Positions 8,689 to 16,048 of a stretch of 61,030 nt of DNA are shown piece after piece. The notes below the pieces were generated by a model, which was not told the DNA's origin, did not search any database, and saw nothing but the letters and a program-made list of their open reading frames with translations. Made by a program: the position numbers and the translations under genes. Source of the stretch: a virus. The stretch lies in the IMG/VR virus record IMGVR_UViG_3300045942_000039, positions 1 to 61,030 of that record; one strand, 5' to 3'. The first letter of the stretch is position 1, and every line of letters starts with the position of its first letter.

Positions 8689-8976
8689 TCATTGCAATCT
8701 CAGCGTGTAGTGATTCGACGTCTGCCCGGTGTCTGAACGCCATCGCGCGCGCCACGTGACGACCCCCTGCTCGCGCAGCTGCTCGAGCGCCCGCTTCACC
8801 GTCGAGACCGACAGCGCGGATCGTGCCGCGATCGCCGTGTGAGCGGGCCAGCATTCGCCGTTCCGGTCGATGAACGTCAGCAACGCCAGGTAGACGATCT
8901 TCGCTTTCGGAGCGACGTCGGGGTCGGCGAGCAGCCAGACGGGAATCGAGGATGTGCCGGTGAGATCGTCAGCCAT
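8689..8976 (-). CDS. winged-helix DNA-binding protein (replication-initiator/DnaD-N-like wHTH)
   Basis: KAKIVYLALLTFIDRNGECWPAHTAIAARSALSVSTVKRALEQLREQGVV pattern. Confidence 0.65.
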   Translation of the reverse strand: MADDLTGTSSIPVWLLADPDVAPKAKIVYLALLTFIDRNGECWPAHTAIAARSALSVSTVKRALEQLREQGVVTWRARWRSDTGQTSNHYTLRLQ

Positions 8977-9099
8977 GAGTGTTCCTTCGTGATGGCACGC
9001 TGAACGCCGCTGTGACGCGACGGGAGCGAGTTGGTGGGTTGGTGGGAGCCTATGCCCCAGATCCGCCGTGTGGCGAGCGTGGAGCGCGCGGGACGGGCG

Positions 9100-9981
9100 T
9101 TACAGGGCGGCGGTGGATGCCGCGGTGACCTCGGGGCCGAGGAGGAGGGCCCATTCCGGTGCGCGCACGAACTGTGCCGGCCGGAGGCTGTACGTCTTCT
9201 GCAGCTGGGCGACGTCGCGATTCGTGAGCACTCCCCAGATTCCGGTGACCTTCGTGTCGGTGCCTTCGTACGCGGCGAGAGCGGCCTGCAGCACACGCAC
9301 GTTGTACCCGGCGTCGCCCTGGGCAACGTAGGGGCGACCCTTCGGGAGGATTCGCCGCCAGAGGGTCGCGTCGACGCGCGGGTTGGCGAGGTCGATCATT
9401 TCGACGTCGGGGGCACCTCGGCGACGCTGGAAGCCGTGGAGCACGACGAAGACGTCGTCGCCCATCGGGTCGATGTCGTCGCCGACGCCGAACAGGAGGC
9501 GGAGGAAACGGACGTCCTGACCGTTGTCGCCGAGGACGAGCTCGCGAGATCCCGGCCAGTGAGCGGGGTTCGGGCCTGAGACGTCTGCAGAGTCGAGGTT
9601 GTCGATCCGCGCGGCGAGCGCCTGGTCGTTGAGGTCGGATGCCTCTTCCGGCGTGCCGAGGAACCGGAGCTCGACGGTGCCGTCCTCGAGCGGGTACCCG
9701 TCGAAGTTCCACCGCTCGACGAGCGCCTGCAGTTTCGCGGTCGGCTCGACCGCCGGGATGATGAGGGACAGCCCGAGACGCTGCCCCTCGGTGCCGTCGC
9801 TGGCGTACGACGGCACCGAGTCGGGCAAATCGACGTGGAGCTCAGTGAGGCCCTCGACCAGGCGGCCCATGACGGCCACCAGCTTGAGATTCACCTGCAT
9901 CTGATGACCGGCTGCGCGGCCCTGTCGGATGTTCTTTCGAGCGAACGAGTCGCTCTGGGGGTCGCCCCACGTCGATGCCAT
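9100..9981 (-). CDS. protein with C-terminal peptidoglycan-binding-like repeat
   Basis: QGDAGYNVRVLQAALAAY...VTGIWGVLTNRDVAQLQKTYSL resembles PG_binding_1; N-terminal 200 aa unknown. Confidence 0.6.
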   Translation of the reverse strand: MASTWGDPQSDSFARKNIRQGRAAGHQMQVNLKLVAVMGRLVEGLTELHVDLPDSVPSYASDGTEGQRLGLSLIIPAVEPTAKLQALVERWNFDGYPLEDGTVELRFLGTPEEASDLNDQALAARIDNLDSADVSGPNPAHWPGSRELVLGDNGQDVRFLRLLFGVGDDIDPMGDDVFVVLHGFQRRRGAPDVEMIDLANPRVDATLWRRILPKGRPYVAQGDAGYNVRVLQAALAAYEGTDTKVTGIWGVLTNRDVAQLQKTYSLRPAQFVRAPEWALLLGPEVTAASTAAL

Positions 9982-9983
9982 CG

Positions 9984-10226
9984 TTACTTCCGTCCGTTGT
10001 CGCGCAGCTTGTAGATCCGAGCCACCGTGAGACCCGACGCTTCGCTGATGACTCGGGCGACGGTCTTCGCGTCCATCTCCTCGACGATGAGCGCGTTGCG
10101 TCGCTGCGAGTTAGCCTCGAGCGCCGCGTAGAGCTCTTTGCCCTTCTCTGTCAGCTGTCGGATCTCTTTCAGTCGAGCTTGGCTCGCCTCAGAGAGCTCG
10201 GTCTCTGCCGGCGCGGTGTCAGCCAT
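9984..10226 (-). CDS. small HTH protein (80 aa)
   Basis: internal ATG of the track ORF; TVARVISEASGLTVARIYKLRDNG. Confidence 0.6.
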   Translation of the reverse strand: MADTAPAETELSEASQARLKEIRQLTEKGKELYAALEANSQRRNALIVEEMDAKTVARVISEASGLTVARIYKLRDNGRK

Positions 10227-10734
10227 GTGGTGTCCCTTCGATACGTCCGCCCATAGTGTAATCGGCGGGCCAGTCGTCGCCCCGCGCGATCGCCTGCAGG
10301 ATCTCCCGACCGTTCGCGTGCTGCTTAGCAATGGTCACGGCCGCCGCAAGCGTGGGGTACACGCGAGCGAGCATGTCGAAGTTGTGCGGATCCGCGCGGG
10401 ACATCGTCGTGAGGAGTGAAACGCGGAACCCGCCAGGCTCTTCCCGAGCCGGGCCGATGTCGAAGAACCAGGAGACCTGCGCGGCATCCGTCGCGCTGAT
10501 GTCTTCGGTCATGGCGAGCGCCATCGGAAGACCGAAGAGGTCTTCGCAGAACCCGTCGAACACAGCGCCGTCGTTGACGTACACGCGGAGGCGCCCCGTG
10601 GCGTCGCCGGTGTCGATCTGCACGACAACGGAGCCGTCTTCGCTGCCTTCGCGGTCCCGAGGCCAGAGCTCGACGTGGAGATCAGCGTCTTCGAGGTCGA
10701 CGGAGGGGGAGCGCGGGTCAGAAGTCGGGGACAT
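10219..10734 (-). CDS. hypothetical protein (171 aa)
   Basis: ORF track; non-repetitive composition; overlaps neighbours. Confidence 0.6.
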   Translation of the reverse strand: MSPTSDPRSPSVDLEDADLHVELWPRDREGSEDGSVVVQIDTGDATGRLRVYVNDGAVFDGFCEDLFGLPMALAMTEDISATDAAQVSWFFDIGPAREEPGGFRVSLLTTMSRADPHNFDMLARVYPTLAAAVTIAKQHANGREILQAIARGDDWPADYTMGGRIEGTPHG

Positions 10735-10987
10735 GCTTCGGCCCTCCCACCGCGGCGAAACGCTCGGCGGCCGCGCGGGCGGACTTGGCGAGCTTCACGG
10801 ACTCGACGCCGGCCGAGCGGATGGCGTCGGCGAGCACGGATGCCTCGCCCGGCGTGAGACGGACGTTTGCGGGGAGCGCGACCTGCACGGCAGGCGTGTT
10901 CCCCTCATCGACGAACGCTTCGACGTGTCCCTCGGAGCCGTCGGCAAAGACGGGGAGGGGGAAGATGGTGGACTGGTCGTCAGCCAC
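10718..10987 (-). CDS. hypothetical protein (89 aa)
   Basis: ORF track. Confidence 0.6.
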   Translation of the reverse strand: MADDQSTIFPLPVFADGSEGHVEAFVDEGNTPAVQVALPANVRLTPGEASVLADAIRSAGVESVKLAKSARAAAERFAAVGGPKHVPDF

Positions 10988-11450
10988 GGTGGGCTCCTTT
11001 CGTGCGGCTAGCGATCTGCTTGCGCGCGTTGTCTACTTCGGTGGTGGAGACGGGCATTGACCAGAGCGAGACGAGCGCGAACGCCCGGATCGAGGTCACG
11101 GCTTCGTTCAGGTCGGCGCCGTCGGTGCTGACGCCGCCCGCGACCCACTGGAACGAGACACCGCTGCCTGTCGTTGCCCAGAGCGCGCGGTGCACGCGGA
11201 ACATCTCGAGGAGGCGAAGTTCGAGCTCCTCGCGGATCGCGGAGTCCGGATCCGGGACGCGGTCGGCCGGGTCGTCGTCGTCGGTCTGCGCCGCGCGGGC
11301 GTCGACGTAGGGGTCGATGAACGCGAGCTCGTCGGGGTCGACGTCGACGTACGCAATGCGCGTGCGCCCGATGCAGATGATCTCGTTGTCGGTGAGGGCC
11401 TTGCCGCCGTACCAGGGGCCTGCGCACGCGTGCTGCTGCCAGGTGTTCAC
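10980..11450 (-). CDS. hypothetical protein (156 aa)
   Basis: GTGA overlap start inside track ORF 10980..11585. Confidence 0.55.
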   Translation of the reverse strand: MNTWQQHACAGPWYGGKALTDNEIICIGRTRIAYVDVDPDELAFIDPYVDARAAQTDDDDPADRVPDPDSAIREELELRLLEMFRVHRALWATTGSGVSFQWVAGGVSTDGADLNEAVTSIRAFALVSLWSMPVSTTEVDNARKQIASRTKGAHRG

Positions 11451-11803
11451 TGCTTGTCTCCTAGGTCTGCCCCGTCGACGAGGCGGTTGACGTCGGTGCC
11501 GTTGACGAACGTCCAGCGGGCGTGTGGTTCGTCGTCGACGCCGCCAACGGGCACTGTCCCGAGGTCGAATCGAGCCGTCGGCCATGTGCGGGACGCGGCC
11601 TGCAGGGACGGCGGGGGGAGCGCGGGCCCTGACCAGGCCATGCGCAGCGACGATGAGGCGTGCACGTCGACGCGGACGCTGTAGTGGATCGCGTGCTCGG
11701 GGATGGGTCCGTAGCCGACGCGCTCGAGCTCGGCGAGCAGGGGTCCGCGGTCGGGGACGCCGGTGGCGCGGCTGGACGTGACGCTGAGCGAGTGGAGAGT
11801 CAC
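11447..11803 (-). CDS. hypothetical protein (118 aa)
   Basis: GTGA overlap start inside track ORF 11447..12163. Confidence 0.55.
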   Translation of the reverse strand: MTLHSLSVTSSRATGVPDRGPLLAELERVGYGPIPEHAIHYSVRVDVHASSSLRMAWSGPALPPPSLQAASRTWPTARFDLGTVPVGGVDDEPHARWTFVNGTDVNRLVDGADLGDKQ

Positions 11804-12024
11804 GTCAGACCGGCCACGGATACGGGCGTGGAGCGGAGAAGACCGTCCCACTGAGCGACGGTGAGGCGTGAGCCCGACTTGATGTCGTGCGCGACGAGCG
11901 TCGCGTTCAGGCGAGACGTCATGCGGAACCGCGCGCGGTTCGTGTCGGGGATGGTCGCTCGGTCGGTGAGCACCGCGGCGAATGCCGAGGCGGTGATCGG
12001 TTTGGGGTCGCTGGTGGACAGCAT
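11800..12024 (-). CDS. hypothetical protein (74 aa), first gene after promoter copy 3
   Basis: ORF track; ATG 6 nt after the GAAGGAGC SD of the conserved leader. Confidence 0.6.
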   Translation of the reverse strand: MLSTSDPKPITASAFAAVLTDRATIPDTNRARFRMTSRLNATLVAHDIKSGSRLTVAQWDGLLRSTPVSVAGLT

Positions 12025-12080
12025 GTTGCTCCTTCGTTCGGCCCCCGGTGCGGGGTGGTGGTGCCGGATTGCTTGCTTTC

Positions 12081-12110
12081 ATACTATGGGGTAACGCCAC
12101 CTGGCGTCCA
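12081..12110 (-). promoter_or_regulatory. conserved phage promoter copy 3 (-35 TGGACG, TTACCCCA, -10 TAGTAT)
   Basis: motif family; directly downstream of terminator 12116..12155; heads the early block. Confidence 0.65.
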
Positions 12111-12115
12111 CCGGG

Positions 12116-12155
12116 CAAAAAGATGGCCGGCATCCCCCACCAAGAGGATGCCGGC
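12116..12155 (-). terminator. intrinsic terminator (10-bp stem GCCGGCATCC/GGATGCCGGC followed by CTTTTTG)
   Basis: hairpin plus T-tract on the minus strand after the lysis block. Confidence 0.75.
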
Positions 12156-12216
12156 CGGCGCACGAAGGAACATTCGAGCGAGATACCAGTCTAGGGCGCG
12201 AGTCCGACGTCGCCGA

Positions 12217-12675
12217 TTAGGGCGGCTGCGCCTGCACCGGGCCCGAGCGCGCGTCACGCCGCCGCATCCACCCGACGGGGAGCGTGTCTTCGACCTCGGC
12301 CATGTCGAGCGGGTTGATATCGGGCCCGTTCGGAGTCGGCCACTGCGCGGCAATCTGCTTGAAGATCCGCACAAACGCCGCGTTTTTCCGCTCGGCGGCG
12401 AGCTTCACGTCCTCGAGCTCACGAGCCTGCCTGCGGATCGTCTCGTCCTGAGTTTCGATCGTCGCGTTCATCGTTGCGATCTCGGCTTTGAGGGTTTGGA
12501 TCTCGGCCCACGCGTCGTCCAGCTGCTTCGTGACGCGCGCGTCGATGCGCGCGTTGAGCGCTGTCATAGCGTCGGATTTCGTCTTGCCTCGCGTCGCGGC
12601 CACACCGGCGAGCACGCCGATGAGCGCGAGAACGGCGCCAGCGAGGACGACCAGCTGTCCAGGTTCGAGCATCAC
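12217..12675 (-). CDS. N-terminal TM + coiled-coil protein (lysis accessory candidate)
   Basis: LVVLAGAVLALIGVLAGVAA helix, then heptad-like charged region; last gene of the lysis block. Confidence 0.6.
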   Translation of the reverse strand: MMLEPGQLVVLAGAVLALIGVLAGVAATRGKTKSDAMTALNARIDARVTKQLDDAWAEIQTLKAEIATMNATIETQDETIRRQARELEDVKLAAERKNAAFVRIFKQIAAQWPTPNGPDINPLDMAEVEDTLPVGWMRRRDARSGPVQAQPP

Positions 12676-13187
12676 TCCTCGCCGTCTGCAGTGCTCGGGG
12701 CAGCGCGCTCAGCGCGCCGCTCTTTGATCTCCTCACCGAGGATCGATAGATGCATGGGCGGGACGATGAGCCCGAGCGCCAGGATGAACACGATGAACCC
12801 GGCGGACGGGTCGGGGTTGAGGCGGAAGAACATCACGGCCGCCGCGTAGGTGCCGAGCAGGAGCATGATGAGCACGTTGCCGCCGAACGCGATGTGCCAG
12901 AGCGTGGGGAGCACGGATCCGCACAGGAGAAGCATCCCGGAGGCCGCGAGCACCATGCCCATGAAGTCGATCGTGTCCTCGTCGAAGAGGCGGTGCAGCA
13001 CCGGTGAGCCGTACGCCACGGCCCAGATGCCGGCGCCGATCACGATGGCCGCGTACAGGGGGAAGTAGATCCGCTTCTGCTGCCGGTACTTGTGCTCCTC
13101 GGGCGGCAGGGCGTCCGGGTGCCAGATGGTGGTTCGGAGGACGCGCTCCCAGAGGGAGGGAGGCGCGTCCTCGGTCGAGTTGTCCAC
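12672..13187 (-). CDS. polytopic membrane protein (171 aa, about 4 TM)
   Basis: GTG start inside track ORF 12672..13853; several hydrophobic helices; weak SD, start uncertain. Confidence 0.5.
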   Translation of the reverse strand: MDNSTEDAPPSLWERVLRTTIWHPDALPPEEHKYRQQKRIYFPLYAAIVIGAGIWAVAYGSPVLHRLFDEDTIDFMGMVLAASGMLLLCGSVLPTLWHIAFGGNVLIMLLLGTYAAAVMFFRLNPDPSAGFIVFILALGLIVPPMHLSILGEEIKERRAERAAPSTADGEE

Positions 13188-13213
13188 AGAGTTATTCCCA
13201 GGTGTGGAGAACG

Positions 13214-13627
13214 TCAGCGCGCGCGGCGGTCGCGGCGGAGGCTGCCCTCGGTGAGCTTCGTCGCGATGGACGGCTGGCCGCCCTTGCCCTCGGCGCGCCA
13301 GATGCCGAAGTACGACGCCACGGCCCAGACGAACGTGCCGCCGAACAGGAGGATGTTCTGGCCGAGGTCGTACGGGCTGGCCGTGAGCAGCGCGTCGAGG
13401 ATGCCGGATGCGATCGACGTCACGAGGGAGAGCAGGGCGAGCAGGATGCCCTTCGCTTTCGCGCTGGTGACCTTCGTCGAGACGATGGCGACGACCAGGG
13501 GCAGGAACGTGCCGACGAGGAACGTGAGGACGTAGGTCCAGTCGATGTCGAAGACGATGGCGGGCTGCTGGCCGTCGGGGAACGCGGACGCCCCAGCGAC
13601 GATGACGATGGTGGTCTGAGCGATCAT
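13214..13627 (-). CDS. holin-like membrane protein (137 aa, about 3 TM, basic tail)
   Basis: GGAGGGAAG SD; hydrophobic helices and RRDRRAR C-terminus; adjacent to the endolysin. Confidence 0.6.
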   Translation of the reverse strand: MIAQTTIVIVAGASAFPDGQQPAIVFDIDWTYVLTFLVGTFLPLVVAIVSTKVTSAKAKGILLALLSLVTSIASGILDALLTASPYDLGQNILLFGGTFVWAVASYFGIWRAEGKGGQPSIATKLTEGSLRRDRRAR

Positions 13628-13731
13628 GGGTCTTCCCTCCGAGGGGCGCCGGCGGCGCGAACGGGTGCAATCCTGCCCGCTCGAGGTGCTGCACGGAGCC
13701 GCGACAGGCCGATACCCCTTGACATGCAGAA

Positions 13732-13767
13732 CCGCCCGGCCAGGTAACCAGGAACCCGGCCGGGCGG
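13732..13767 (-). terminator. hairpin CCGCCCGGCC/GGCCGGGCGG
   Basis: 10-bp inverted repeat between endolysin and holin-like genes; no T-tract. Confidence 0.45.
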
Positions 13768-13772
13768 CGTAT

Positions 13773-13824
13773 CTGCAGGCGGGGCGGTAGCACCCCCGCG
13801 CGGCCCGCCAAGGCCGCCTGCAGG
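13773..13824 (-). terminator. hairpin CTGCAGGCGG/CCGCCTGCAG immediately after the endolysin stop
   Basis: 10-bp inverted repeat with additional inner pairing. Confidence 0.5.
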
Positions 13825-13825
13825 C

Positions 13826-14725
13826 TTACGAGGGGTTTCGGACGTGCGCCCACAGCTGACCGTCGGTGCGCACCCCCGATTCCCCGGGTCGGATCGAGTC
13901 CCAGATGCTCTGCAGCATGTCGTGCTGCGCCTGAACTTCGTCGGCGTAGACGATCTCCGTCGAGTCGGTGGGCAGGCTCTCGGGGGTGAAACGCGCGAAG
14001 CCGTAGTACGGCAGCATCCAGAGCACGTGATCGCGGTTGAGGTCGCGGAGGCCAGATGCGTACCGGTCCTCAAGGCTTTCGGATGCGGGCCACGAGCCGT
14101 CGTTGACGAAGTTCGTGAGCCGCTCGCCGAACGCATTGTGGTGCGCGCGGATCGAGTATCCCGGGACCATCGTGTAGGTGACGCCGGTGACGGGGTTGCG
14201 GAAGTTGATGGGCATGTCGCGGTCCTGTTCGATCAGTTCGGAGACGGGGGTGGGGGTGCCGGTGGCCGCCGGCTGTGCGGGTGCGTTCTGGGCGCGGAGG
14301 ATGCGCTGGATTACGGGTATCGGGTCGACGTAACCGACGCCGTGCACGTAGATCTCGATGTGGCAGCACGGGCCGTCGGTGAAGCCGGAGAGGCCCTCGT
14401 GGAGGATGCCCTGCCCCTGAGCTACGCGCTCGCCGACGCGCTGACTCGAGTCCCACGGGCCGTGCGAGTAGCTGATGTCGAGCGTCTTGCCTTCGAAGCC
14501 AGAACGAACGGTGATGCCCCATCCGAAGCCGTGCTGGTTCGACGGGCGAGTCTTGCTGATCACCTCGCCGGCAAGCAGGGCAAGCGCGGGGACGGTGCCC
14601 GACCGCCGCGAGTGGGAGAAGTCCTGACCCCGGTGGCGGCGACCGCAGGGGTTGGTGCCAACGGGGCGGCAGTCGCCGAACGGGGACGTGCGCCCGCTGT
14701 TGTAGTAGTCGTCGAGGGCGGTCAC
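13826..14725 (-). CDS. endolysin, M23-type metallopeptidase with C-terminal domain of unknown type
   Basis: HRGQDF and CCHIEIYVHG (HxxxD / HxH-like) motifs; sits upstream of the holin-like and membrane-protein genes. Confidence 0.7.
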   Translation of the reverse strand: MTALDDYYNSGRTSPFGDCRPVGTNPCGRRHRGQDFSHSRRSGTVPALALLAGEVISKTRPSNQHGFGWGITVRSGFEGKTLDISYSHGPWDSSQRVGERVAQGQGILHEGLSGFTDGPCCHIEIYVHGVGYVDPIPVIQRILRAQNAPAQPAATGTPTPVSELIEQDRDMPINFRNPVTGVTYTMVPGYSIRAHHNAFGERLTNFVNDGSWPASESLEDRYASGLRDLNRDHVLWMLPYYGFARFTPESLPTDSTEIVYADEVQAQHDMLQSIWDSIRPGESGVRTDGQLWAHVRNPS

Positions 14726-14886
14726 GAGGTGGGCTCCGTAGGTGCCGTCGGGTCACCGGCGGCGATGCGCGCCGAGATGACGTCGGGAGCGTCGGGTTCG
14801 AGGGTCTCTCCCTCGGCGGGGTCGAGCTCCCACTCACCGTCGTCGCCGTCGATGGCGAGCTCGGGGTCGTACGGGTCGTCTGACAT
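14722..14886 (-). CDS. small acidic protein (54 aa)
   Basis: hand translation MSDDPYDPELAIDGDD...; GTGA overlap with the endolysin start; below the track cutoff. Confidence 0.45.
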   Translation of the reverse strand: MSDDPYDPELAIDGDDGEWELDPAEGETLEPDAPDVISARIAAGDPTAPTEPTS

Positions 14887-14925
14887 GGTGTTCCTCTCGT
14901 GCGGGGTTGGACGAACGGGCTCAGA

Positions 14926-15030
14926 TTAGGCCGGAATCCGGTCTGGGCGCCGCGAGGGCGCGCCGTACACCAGAACGAGGGAGAGGATGAGGGTCAGCAC
15001 GAGAACGGGCCGGAGAACGCGCCTGAGCAT
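14926..15030 (-). CDS. small single-TM protein (34 aa)
   Basis: hand translation MLRRVLRPVLVLTLILSLVLVYG...; TAATG overlap with the upstream gene. Confidence 0.4.
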   Translation of the reverse strand: MLRRVLRPVLVLTLILSLVLVYGAPSRRPDRIPA

Positions 15031-15212
15031 TATTCGAGGGGCGCCGTCGTCTCGGCCTGACCGGTCGTCGTGCCCGTGAAGCACTCAGCGCAGTATGGTC
15101 CCGCCTCAGATGGCTCAGCGACGTCGACGTCGAAGTCTGGGTCGAGCACGTCGTAGCGAGGGGAGTCGTCTCGGCTGACGTTCTGGCGACCACATCCGCG
15201 GCAGGTTTCCAT
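15030..15212 (-). CDS. small zinc-ribbon-like protein (60 aa)
   Basis: CRGC...CAEC pairs; internal ATG of track ORF 15030..16001. Confidence 0.5.
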   Translation of the reverse strand: METCRGCGRQNVSRDDSPRYDVLDPDFDVDVAEPSEAGPYCAECFTGTTTGQAETTAPLE

Positions 15213-15223
15213 GGCTGCTCCGA

Positions 15224-16048
15224 TCACTGGAATGCGAGAGGCGGGCCGAGGTAGGTAGCGGCCAGCTGACCGCCGACGAGGCGCTCTTCGGCGGCGGTGC
15301 TGCCGCCGATGTGCACCACCAGCGACCCGTTGTTGCAGTAGACGCCGACCTTGTCGCCGGCGCCGAGAACTGCGGCGTTGAGCTCGCCGTGCGCGTGCGT
15401 GTAGAACGAGCTCGACAGGGTGTACGCCAGACCGTCGATGAGGTATCGGTGCTTCGCCGGGGTGTCGTGGATCACGAACCAGAAGTTGGCGGTCCCGGAT
15501 CCGACCTGCATCGTCGTCCACCAGCTGAGATCGTAGACGCCAGCTTTCTTGACGGTGAGCAACCCGTCGGGCGTGTACTCGAACCAGTCGGATCCGCCGC
15601 GGCGCCGGTCTCGAGGGCTGGACCAGTTGCCGAGGAAGTTCCCCGAGGTCGCGCCGAACTGCGCGTTCGGGTGCAAGGCCACGTAGGGACCGGGGCCGAC
15701 GGGGTACCAGCCGGCCGCGACCTTCGTGACGTTCGGCGCTAGGCCCCTGGCAGTGAGCCCCGGGGCGCCGGCAACCATGAAGTACGACTCGACGAAACCG
15801 GTGTCGGTGTTCAGCCAGGAGACCTGACGGTTCGCGAGCTCGACGCGGTCGGCATCCGTCGACGGGATGCCGTAAAGCAGGTCGCGCTCGGCGGTAGACC
15901 CGGACGACGGAGCACGTGAGACGCGTCGAGCGACCTCGTTCGTCGCGCGGCGGACCTCGTCGATCTTTTCGCGGAGCCGGGACAGCTGGTTTTTGAACCA
16001 TGACGGGCCGCCGCTGGGGATGTTGTAGCCCGTGGTCGAGCCGCTCAC
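15224..16048 (-). CDS. minor tail protein / fibre-tip candidate
   Basis: ORF track 274 aa; N-terminal helical segment then beta-rich C-terminal domain; last gene of the tail block. Confidence 0.6.
   Translation of the reverse strand: MSGSTTGYNIPSGGPSWFKNQLSRLREKIDEVRRATNEVARRVSRAPSSGSTAERDLLYGIPSTDADRVELANRQVSWLNTDTGFVESYFMVAGAPGLTARGLAPNVTKVAAGWYPVGPGPYVALHPNAQFGATSGNFLGNWSSPRDRRRGGSDWFEYTPDGLLTVKKAGVYDLSWWTTMQVGSGTANFWFVIHDTPAKHRYLIDGLAYTLSSSFYTHAHGELNAAVLGAGDKVGVYCNNGSLVVHIGGSTAAEERLVGGQLAATYLGPPLAFQ

Noticed and set aside
13718-13723. Plus-strand TTGACA hexamer between the endolysin and holin-like genes as a -35 for a plus-strand transcript.
   Set aside because: There is no credible -10 at 16-19 nt and no plausible plus-strand gene downstream.
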